Source: an uncultured Gammaproteobacteria bacterium (GTDB lineage Bacteria > Patescibacteriota > Patescibacteriia > Magasanikbacterales > GWA2-37-8). Taken from it: a DNA stretch of 64,000 nt. The translations under genes and the position numbers were made by a program. The notes under the pieces are model-generated. The model was not told the origin of the DNA and searched no databases. It saw only the letters and a program-made list of their open reading frames with translations. Shown here in pieces: positions 48,086-55,767 of this stretch. Numbering within the stretch: position 1 is the first letter of the stretch; each line of letters begins with the position of its first letter. Location of the stretch: assembly GCA_964465205.1 (NCBI GenBank), contig CAYXJO010000008.1:2164-66163 (forward strand), given 5' to 3'.

Positions 48086-49495
48086 CTAGCGCATCAACGG
48101 AAAGAGGATGACGTCGGTCAGGTTGCGCTGATTGGTGAGGATGGCCGTGAAACGGTCGATGCCGATTCCGGCGCCGGACACTGGCGGCATGCCGTATTCG
48201 AGCGAAGCCAAGAAGTCGGTATCGAGGAACATGGCTTCGTCGTCGCCGGTGCCACGCAATGCGGATTGTTCTTCGAGTAAACGCCGTTGCAGACCGGGAT
48301 CGCCGAGCTCGGAATAAGCCTTGGCCATTTCCCATCCGTTCACCAGCACTTGGAAGGCGTCGATGACGCGCGGGTCTTGATCGTTGGGACGGGCGAGTGG
48401 GATTAGCACCGCCGGGTGGTGGAGCAGGAAGGTGGGTTGCACCAACTTGGGGCGCGACACCTTCTTGTACAGCTTGTCGATGAGGTTGCCCAAGGAAATG
48501 CCGGTGGGGATTTCTCCCAGATCGATCTGGTGTTCACGGATGATTTGCAGTAGGTCTTCGACCCGGTCGTAAGCCAGCACGTCGATACCGGAATCTTCCA
48601 ATACCAGGTCGCGGTATTCCACTTCGCGCCACTCGGCGCCGAAGTCCATATCCGTGCCCTGGTAACTGATTTGCAGTGTCCCCAAAACTTCCATCATCAC
48701 GGACCGCATGAGTTCTTGAATGAAGCTCATGTTGTCGCGATAGTTCCAGTACGACGCGTACCATTCGAGCATAGTGAACTCTTGCAAGTGAGAGGCGTCG
48801 ATCCCCTCGTTGCGGAAGTTCTTGCCGATCTCGTACACACGATCCATCCCTCCGACGATGAGTTGCTTCAGGAACGTTTCGGGAGAGATGCGCATGTACA
48901 GGTCGATGTTCTTGGCATCGTGGTGGGTCACGAAAGGATTGGCCGAAGCGCCGCAGGGGTTCTTTTGGAAAATGGGAGTTTCCACTTCCATGAACCGGTT
49001 CTGCTCCAGATGGCGCCGTATCGAAGAGATGGTCTTCGAGCGGGTGTGGAAAATGCGCCTCGCCTCTTCGTTGGCGATGAGGTCAAGGTAGCGTTGGCGG
49101 TAGCGAGTCTCCAGGTCGCTCAAGCCGTGCCACTTTTCCGGCAGGGGCATTTGAGCGGGGGTGAGCAGCTCGACTTGGTCGCACAGAATGGTCATTTCGC
49201 CGCGACGGGTACGGAAGACGTGGCCGGTGGTGCCGACGATGTCGCCCACCTTGACCTCCTTGGTCAGATTGGTGTAGCCGTCTTCGCCCAGATGGGCGGT
49301 GTCTCCAAAACACTGAATCTTGCCATCGCTGTCGGCAATGACAAAGAACGTAGCCTTGCCCATGATACGCATGGCCATCACGCGACCAGGGACAGAGACG
49401 GTGGTGTTTTCAGCCAGCAACATATCAAAGTTGCTGACCACTTCATGAGGCTGGTGGGTTCGCCGAAACGAATCTCGGAAAGTAGCGTTTGCCAT
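48086..49495 (-). CDS. lysS: Lysyl-tRNA synthetase, class II (GC-rich)
   Basis: N-terminal OB fold. Motif 2 FRNEGID...EFTMLEWY. Motif 3 LEYGMPPVSGAGIGIDRF. SD AGGAGA upstream. Confidence 0.85.
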   Translation of the reverse strand: MANATFRDSFRRTHQPHEVVSNFDMLLAENTTVSVPGRVMAMRIMGKATFFVIADSDGKIQCFGDTAHLGEDGYTNLTKEVKVGDIVGTTGHVFRTRRGEMTILCDQVELLTPAQMPLPEKWHGLSDLETRYRQRYLDLIANEEARRIFHTRSKTISSIRRHLEQNRFMEVETPIFQKNPCGASANPFVTHHDAKNIDLYMRISPETFLKQLIVGGMDRVYEIGKNFRNEGIDASHLQEFTMLEWYASYWNYRDNMSFIQELMRSVMMEVLGTLQISYQGTDMDFGAEWREVEYRDLVLEDSGIDVLAYDRVEDLLQIIREHQIDLGEIPTGISLGNLIDKLYKKVSRPKLVQPTFLLHHPAVLIPLARPNDQDPRVIDAFQVLVNGWEMAKAYSELGDPGLQRRLLEEQSALRGTGDDEAMFLDTDFLASLEYGMPPVSGAGIGIDRFTAILTNQRNLTDVILFPLMR

Positions 49496-49506
49496 TGTCA
49501 GTTCTC

Positions 49507-50895
49507 CTATTGAATGGGGTAGAGGATCGTTTCTTTGATGTTGTAAGGCAGATTGCCCAACATCAACATAAGCAGTCGATTGACACCGAGGCCAATACTG
49601 GCGGTCGGTGGCATGCCCAACTCAAGCACCCGTAGGTAATCCTTGTTGAGCGTATTGCCGGTTTCAGTTGCCTGTTGTGCCAGAGCGGACGAGATTTTTT
49701 CCGGATCATTCTCATCGGTGTAAATGTCGGCCAGGAAACAGCCTTGACTGATCAAGAACGAACGTTCGCTGGTGCCGTCCGGATTGTTGTGCACAAACGG
49801 CGACATGCCCGTTGGCAACTTGGTGAGAAAGGTAGGTACGACGATGTGTGGTACGATCAGTTGTTCGACCACTTTCATGAGCCAGGTGAACCTGGTCATT
49901 TGGTGATTGAACGCTTGTGGGAAACGCTCGGTAAGAGCTTCTCGGTTGCAGGTCTGATAGTCTCCCACCCATCGGTCGAACGCTTCTTGGAAAGGCAAGC
50001 GCACAAACGGCGTTTGGTACGAGACCGCTTGGGATTCAGTGCTGTTGTCAGTTTGAAGCATTAGGGTCTTATCGCCCTGACAATCCTGTACCACTGTTGC
50101 CACTATCTCTTCGAGCAGGTTTTCCATGTCAGTGCAACGCGCCTCTGCGGCGTAAGCCTCGAGCATGGTAAACTCAGGTGAGTGAATGTGGTCGATACCC
50201 TCGTTGCGGAATGATTGACCGACTTCAAACACTCGTTCGAATCCACCGGCGATCAAGCGTTTGAGCTTGAGCTCGCTGGTGAGGCTGAGGTGCATTTGTT
50301 TGCCGGTCGCCCGACAGTGCGTAGAGAATGCAGCGGCTTGCCCGGCTTCGAATGTCTCTTGTAGGACGCCGGTTGGGAACTCTCTGAAGCTGTGGGCATG
50401 GAGAGTTTTTCGCATGGCGTGTAAAGTTGTTGATATCTTTTTGACAAACAAGAACACGTCCTCATCTGTCATGAGATATTCAACACGATTGCGGTAGCGT
50501 AAAGCGCTACTCAATCCATGGTGTTTGTCCGGCATCGTGCCGGTGTAGATGAACATCGGCTCAGCATTGGTTACTTGTAAGGTGGGCATGCCAGTACGCG
50601 TCACGATTTTGTGACCGCGTACAGCAATGATGCTACCGAGTGGCAAACCGACCAACTCGGAGTAATTTGGTAACTGGTTGTTGAACATGATTTGAACCTG
50701 ATCCTCTTTGAATCGTGCGCCACAAAAGCAGACTTTGCCAATATGACGCCGACTGAGCAATCGGGCTCTTCCTGTGAACTGGTCGCCATCACGGGCGAGC
50801 GTAAGCAAATCTCCGTTACGCATGACTACCTCCTGGAACGGTTTGGGTTGTTGGTTAGGTTGATTTGTAAAAGGGCCTTTAAATTTCTCCTTCAA
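49507..50895 (-). CDS. Divergent full-length LysRS paralog (class II aaRS-like, function uncertain)
   Basis: Retains OB-fold N-terminus, FRNEGIDHIHSPEFTMLEAY and LELGMPPTASIGLGVNRL. The lysine/ATP-pocket region differs strongly from the adjacent canonical lysS. Confidence 0.7.
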   Translation of the reverse strand: MKEKFKGPFTNQPNQQPKPFQEVVMRNGDLLTLARDGDQFTGRARLLSRRHIGKVCFCGARFKEDQVQIMFNNQLPNYSELVGLPLGSIIAVRGHKIVTRTGMPTLQVTNAEPMFIYTGTMPDKHHGLSSALRYRNRVEYLMTDEDVFLFVKKISTTLHAMRKTLHAHSFREFPTGVLQETFEAGQAAAFSTHCRATGKQMHLSLTSELKLKRLIAGGFERVFEVGQSFRNEGIDHIHSPEFTMLEAYAAEARCTDMENLLEEIVATVVQDCQGDKTLMLQTDNSTESQAVSYQTPFVRLPFQEAFDRWVGDYQTCNREALTERFPQAFNHQMTRFTWLMKVVEQLIVPHIVVPTFLTKLPTGMSPFVHNNPDGTSERSFLISQGCFLADIYTDENDPEKISSALAQQATETGNTLNKDYLRVLELGMPPTASIGLGVNRLLMLMLGNLPYNIKETILYPIQ

Positions 50896-50896
50896 A

Positions 50897-51883
50897 TTAT
50901 AAAACCACTGCCAGTTCTCTCTTCTCGGTGTTCATCTCTACTGAATTTCCGATCGGTAAAGTAAGCATGGGATCTGTGTGACCGAAGTCAACCCCCATGA
51001 TTACCGGGATGGTTAGATTATTAAACACTGTGGTTAGTATGTTTTTTAAATTTTCCGAAGTCACCCCACTCTTATTTTGGAAACGACCAAACACCAAACC
51101 GCGCACTTTTTCCAAATAGTTGGCTTGTTTCATGTGGGTAAGCATGCGTTGAATGGTCGCAATAGATTCTTCCTCATCATCTTCCAAAAATAGTATGGAA
51201 TCATCTAAATCAAACATGTATTTGGTGCCAAATAGTTTGCTCATAGTATTCAAATTACCAGCTACCAGTTTGCCTTGGGCTGTACCCGAATTTATTATTT
51301 GCCAGCCGGTATTTGATGTAAAATTTCTGGCACGCACATCTTCTTTATCCCAAAGCAACATCTCCTCTGTCCAGTTTTCGGAGCTGGGCAGGACATATCT
51401 TTCGCCAGTACCGATTTTTGATAATACTTTTACAAATGATTCTTTGGTAAAGTTTTGGATTTCCGGATATTCCCCAAATTGTGGCAACACCATCGGGCCT
51501 AGCAAACATTTAATGTTGGCTAATCGAGATAGTGCACCGTGCATAACCGTGATGTCACTATAGCCAATAAATGGCTTGGGGTTTTTTGCAATTAAATCAT
51601 AGTTTAGTTTTTCCAGCACATCATTGGCACTATAGCCACCAATGGTAGCCATGATAGCCTTTACCTGCGGATCGGCAAACATATTATTGATGTCGGAAGC
51701 TCTCTGTATTGCTGTGCCGGCAGTAAAGTTTGTTATCGCCGAAACATGCTCGCCTAGTTTTACCACAAAACCCATCGATTCCAGCATTTTTACCCCACGT
51801 TCTAGGCGCTTGGGGCAAAAGCCCGCGATAGGCGCTGAAGGTGAAACTATACCAATTGTATCCCCCTGTTTTAATGTTAACAT
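50897..51883 (-). CDS. Peptidase S66 family protein (LD-carboxypeptidase LdcA / microcin-C immunity MccF family)
   Basis: Size, N-terminal GDTIGIVSPS and central/C-terminal conserved blocks match the S66 fold. Confidence 0.7.
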   Translation of the reverse strand: MLTLKQGDTIGIVSPSAPIAGFCPKRLERGVKMLESMGFVVKLGEHVSAITNFTAGTAIQRASDINNMFADPQVKAIMATIGGYSANDVLEKLNYDLIAKNPKPFIGYSDITVMHGALSRLANIKCLLGPMVLPQFGEYPEIQNFTKESFVKVLSKIGTGERYVLPSSENWTEEMLLWDKEDVRARNFTSNTGWQIINSGTAQGKLVAGNLNTMSKLFGTKYMFDLDDSILFLEDDEEESIATIQRMLTHMKQANYLEKVRGLVFGRFQNKSGVTSENLKNILTTVFNNLTIPVIMGVDFGHTDPMLTLPIGNSVEMNTEKRELAVVL

Positions 51884-51887
51884 AAAA

Positions 51888-52736
51888 TTATTTTTTGGCG
51901 ATAATCAGCAAAGCATTGCTACGACCTACAATATTGGTATCAGCATAATGCGCTAATTCTAGATCTAAGATTTTATCAAAATTATTTGTATCGGTTAATT
52001 TATTGGTGATTTGTTCAGTACTACCGTGCACTTTGGTCTCTTCCATGCCCGGATAAATAAAGTTTGGTCCGCCCAGTACGCGTACCTCGCTAAAACCATT
52101 ATCTAAATAAATTTTGCGGGCTTCGTCGGGGGTGAAGCAATGAATAGCAGGCATGTCATCATTGAATCTGATTTTGGAAGTTGCACGAATGCTGTCTAGT
52201 TCTTTAAGGCGATTCGTGAGAATGGAGAAGTAATAAGCATGGTATTTGTTTACCACAATACTGATGTGCAAACCACCGGTTTTTAATTTTTTTGAAATTT
52301 CACTTAAAGCTTGACCGGGACGTTCCACGAAACTGATTACATTATAAAATGAGATCGACCAGTCAAATTTTTCGTCAGCAATGCTCGACAGGTCTTCAAT
52401 GTTGCCAACCGAACAAGAATATTTTTTGTCCAATCCTTTTTGAATAATTTTTTTCTCTGCCTCGGCTAGCATTTTTGGTGAAATGTCCATTAATTGGCCA
52501 CCGGTAATTTTGTCACCAAATAAATCTTCTAGAACCATAGTCCAGCGACCGGTGCCGGCGCCGGCGTCGAGTAGTTGTACGTTTTTTTTGATGGACAAAT
52601 CGGCGCCCAACTCTTTGTGTAATACGGCTTTAAAAAATTTATCTGATAACACCCAGTATAACTGTTGATCAACATCATCATAGGCTGCGGCCTTTTGGTC
52701 GAAATACTCCACCACGTTTTGATAATAGCTGCTCAT
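51888..52736 (-). CDS. Class I SAM-dependent methyltransferase
   Basis: Motif I LDAGAGTGRW. Confidence 0.75.
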   Translation of the reverse strand: MSSYYQNVVEYFDQKAAAYDDVDQQLYWVLSDKFFKAVLHKELGADLSIKKNVQLLDAGAGTGRWTMVLEDLFGDKITGGQLMDISPKMLAEAEKKIIQKGLDKKYSCSVGNIEDLSSIADEKFDWSISFYNVISFVERPGQALSEISKKLKTGGLHISIVVNKYHAYYFSILTNRLKELDSIRATSKIRFNDDMPAIHCFTPDEARKIYLDNGFSEVRVLGGPNFIYPGMEETKVHGSTEQITNKLTDTNNFDKILDLELAHYADTNIVGRSNALLIIAKK

Positions 52737-52739
52737 ATT

Positions 52740-53858
52740 TTATGGATAAGTAATTATGTTTTTTAATCGTGGGTAGATAATGACATCGCGAATGCTGCTG
52801 CGGCAAAGGGCCCAGGCCAGAAAGCGTTCGATGCCCAAACCAAAACCGGAAGTTGTTTGATAGCCGGGCTGACGTCGTAAGTTAATGTACCATTCATATG
52901 GATCGGCAGATAGATTTTGTCTGCGTAATGAATCAAACATTTCTTCGGGGCGATCTTGTCTTTGTCCGCAACCCAATATTTCACCACCAAAAGATTTGTC
53001 TGTTAGTGCGGGAAAGATTAAATCGGCGTTGATTACCTTATTTAAATTATTGGGATCTGGTTTTTGATAAAACGGCACGCGATCGCGGTCGTAATGTGTT
53101 ATCCAAAATGGCGTTTTGGCCTGTAAAATTTTTGCCAACTCCAACTCTCCTCGTGCGCTAATATCTCGGCCGTGTTCAGTATAGTTGACCTGATTTTGAT
53201 GGCCGTTTTTTTCAAGCAAGCTCACAGCTTCATCAAAAGTTACACGAGGAAATTTATTGGCGATGATTGTATTTTGTAAGGCGGTTTGGGTAATACTGGA
53301 GCAAGTGCCGATTACGTCGACAATATTTGGTAACTGTAGTAATGCATAGCACAAGGTTTTGACGTACTCTTCTATAATCGGAAATAAATCTTCCAAGGGA
53401 GCGCGCATTTCAGCCTCACAATGAAAGAATTGATTCAAATGTCGATCGTCCCAGTCCTCGCCGCGCATTGATGGTAAATAGCAGTACACCAAATTAAGGC
53501 CGTTTAGGAGCAGCGGTTCAAATCCAAATTGCGAAGAATCTGTTAAAAAAGAATGTAAGTTACCAAATTTAATTGGGATGGCGGCGGAATTTGATCCCGG
53601 CCCCATAGGCGAAGAAACACTCGGAGTTAGCATGAATAGGTCGATTTTTTGAGCACCGTGTTTGTTATAAAAATAATCATCGCAGGTGGCTGAAATGAAA
53701 CTTCGCAGAATTAGAAGTGCACGGTAGTATTGATTGTTGGTAAGATGCAAATAATGCTCTTCCGGACTATATGTCGGAAGCGCAAAATCACTCTTATCAG
53801 CATTTTCAAAATGCGTATTTATTTGGGCAGCGTTTTTTAGTTGGTGTTCAGATAACAT
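52740..53858 (-). CDS. Stand-alone class IIb aaRS catalytic-domain protein (AsnA / AspRS-AsnRS-like), no anticodon-binding domain
   Basis: Motif-1-like YRALLILRSFISATCDDYF...LFMLTPS. Motif-2-like MRGEDWDDRHLNQFFHCEAEM. Motif-3 GFGLGIERFLAWAL. Confidence 0.65.
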   Translation of the reverse strand: MLSEHQLKNAAQINTHFENADKSDFALPTYSPEEHYLHLTNNQYYRALLILRSFISATCDDYFYNKHGAQKIDLFMLTPSVSSPMGPGSNSAAIPIKFGNLHSFLTDSSQFGFEPLLLNGLNLVYCYLPSMRGEDWDDRHLNQFFHCEAEMRAPLEDLFPIIEEYVKTLCYALLQLPNIVDVIGTCSSITQTALQNTIIANKFPRVTFDEAVSLLEKNGHQNQVNYTEHGRDISARGELELAKILQAKTPFWITHYDRDRVPFYQKPDPNNLNKVINADLIFPALTDKSFGGEILGCGQRQDRPEEMFDSLRRQNLSADPYEWYINLRRQPGYQTTSGFGLGIERFLAWALCRSSIRDVIIYPRLKNIITYP

Positions 53859-53958
53859 ACCTTAATTATAAATAGTATGATTAACTATGAGTCTACAACT
53901 AATTTTGGTATTTGTCAATCCGCACACCCAACACCCAAAAGTTGGGTTGTATTGGCTA

Positions 53959-54732
53959 TCATCTTCGGATTTTTACTACGATGTATAGCAAAAAAGCAGC
54001 TTTACGAAAAAGGCGGGCAGTAATTTTGTTGAGTTTACTGAATATGCCCACTGGGGTCTCTATGGTGAGGGCACTTCCGACGTAGCTAGTTGTTATTTGT
54101 TCAATGTTTATTTGCAGTTCTGCTGCTGAAATGCGCAAAAGTTCGCGCATTGTGCTTTCGTTGTAATTTTTTTCATCGAGCAGCCGATATCCTTTTATCC
54201 AAAATGTAAATGGTTTTAAAACCTGTAATGATAACAATTTTGCTTTGATTATCGCCGGGGAGAAAAAATTTGGCACACCAATACACAGATATCCATCGTC
54301 GGCAGTTAGTTTTATCATGTTTTTGACGACTTTTTTGGCTTGATCAAAATCATAGTGCTCAATTACACCGGTGTTCCAGCATAAATTAAACCTTTTTTCA
54401 GGTAGTTGCGGGATAAAAATATCTCCGCTGTAGAATTCCACATTATTTACGCGATGATATTGAGCTAGTTGTCGGGAGCAATGTAATGCATTCTGGGAGC
54501 TGTCCAAAAGGGTTACTGTTTTTACTTTGTTTGCTAAACGCAGCGATGAATTCCCGGATCCAGAGCCATACTCTATGATGTTTGAAGTTGCATCCAGTGG
54601 GACATTGTCGAGGGTGAATTTTTCTATTTGGTCATAGCAGTCTACCCACCAATGGTGGTTTATTTCCTGGAATGATTCAACGGGGTGATTTCGCTCAAAT
54701 TCGTGTTCCCAATCCGAAGGAGTGTTTGTCAT
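53959..54732 (-). CDS. Class I SAM-dependent methyltransferase
   Basis: Motif I IIEYGSGSGNSSL. Confidence 0.75.
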   Translation of the reverse strand: MTNTPSDWEHEFERNHPVESFQEINHHWWVDCYDQIEKFTLDNVPLDATSNIIEYGSGSGNSSLRLANKVKTVTLLDSSQNALHCSRQLAQYHRVNNVEFYSGDIFIPQLPEKRFNLCWNTGVIEHYDFDQAKKVVKNMIKLTADDGYLCIGVPNFFSPAIIKAKLLSLQVLKPFTFWIKGYRLLDEKNYNESTMRELLRISAAELQINIEQITTSYVGSALTIETPVGIFSKLNKITARLFRKAAFLLYIVVKIRR

Positions 54733-54872
54733 AGTATCTTATTATGTTATTTTGTGTTTTAATTATACCTTATTTTGTTTTTTTAAAAAACGGTTGAGAT
54801 CGTTGACAAGCTTCGGTTTTTGTGTGATGATTAGGATGGTTTATTCATAGTCATGGCGAATAGGAGGCCAAC

Positions 54873-55190
54873 ATGTTTGGATGGTTTAAACGTTTGTTCC
54901 CGAAAGTTGTCCACGACATTGACGAGTTTGTCTCGGCAATTGCGGTGGATCACCCTAGACTGGCTACAGTACGGACACGCGTCGCTTGTGGAGGTGTACC
55001 GTTAGTAGCTGCCCGTTGTCTTTCGGCATATAAGCCTAACTGCTATTTGGAGGTCGTGGGTACAGATAGCGAAGGTGGACGAGTGATTCTGATCGTACCT
55101 GCCGGCACCAACGGTCAACAGATGAATCTGGCGTTGCAGCAGTTAGTCGCAGATTTGCACGCCCGATCCATTAATCACACTTTGGCTTGA
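54873..55190 (+). CDS. Hypothetical protein (105 aa), GC-rich
   Basis: SD AGGAGG upstream of ATG. Confidence 0.55.
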   Translation: MFGWFKRLFPKVVHDIDEFVSAIAVDHPRLATVRTRVACGGVPLVAARCLSAYKPNCYLEVVGTDSEGGRVILIVPAGTNGQQMNLALQQLVADLHARSINHTLA

Positions 55191-55218
55191 GTTGCCAAAC
55201 AGAAAGGAGAACTAGACA

Positions 55219-55629
55219 ATGAGAAACACTGCCGGCATCGCTCTCTTTCTTGGCATCCCGGAAGTTGAGGTCATGATGGCTCTGGGGATGCAATTTGTGC
55301 CTTCCACTCAGGTGGAGGCTCGAGACTACTACCGCTTGTTGTCTAACGACACAAGCACCACTCGCCAAAATAAGGCTGTGATTATGCGGCTTTGGCGTAA
55401 ATTCACGCGCGAAGCCGTGTTGTCTGCCAACACTGTCGATGAGGCTAAAAGTGCCTTTTTCCGAGCCCCGGATGTTGATTCGGAGAAGGTCGCTGCTTTG
55501 AAGAAGTGGCTAAGCCTTGAGCAGAGTCGTGATGGGCTACGAGAGATCGTACGCAACACCAATAACACTGGTCGGTTGGAGGGTGTGCGCAGGTCAGCTA
55601 TTAAGAAGTTGGCCGAGATACACTTCTAG
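55219..55629 (+). CDS. Hypothetical protein (136 aa), GC-rich
   Basis: SD AAAGGAGAA upstream of ATG. Confidence 0.55.
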   Translation: MRNTAGIALFLGIPEVEVMMALGMQFVPSTQVEARDYYRLLSNDTSTTRQNKAVIMRLWRKFTREAVLSANTVDEAKSAFFRAPDVDSEKVAALKKWLSLEQSRDGLREIVRNTNNTGRLEGVRRSAIKKLAEIHF

Positions 55630-55767
55630 CTGCATGCTCTTTTGTATCTACGCAATATCAATACAGGTGTCTATCCGGATCTAGCTACGGCTGATCCGGT
55701 TTTTTGTTGACTGGCGTAAATTTACATGTTACAATTTTTGTAATTATTTTGGTAATAATAACTATTT

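Noticed and set aside
47922-48335. Arg-rich N-terminal extension of the amidohydrolase ORF (MGNGQGLFRARRSRS...)
   Set aside because: It overlaps the 3' end of lysS in another frame. A good internal start (MTIQPIPRV) follows the lysS terminator.
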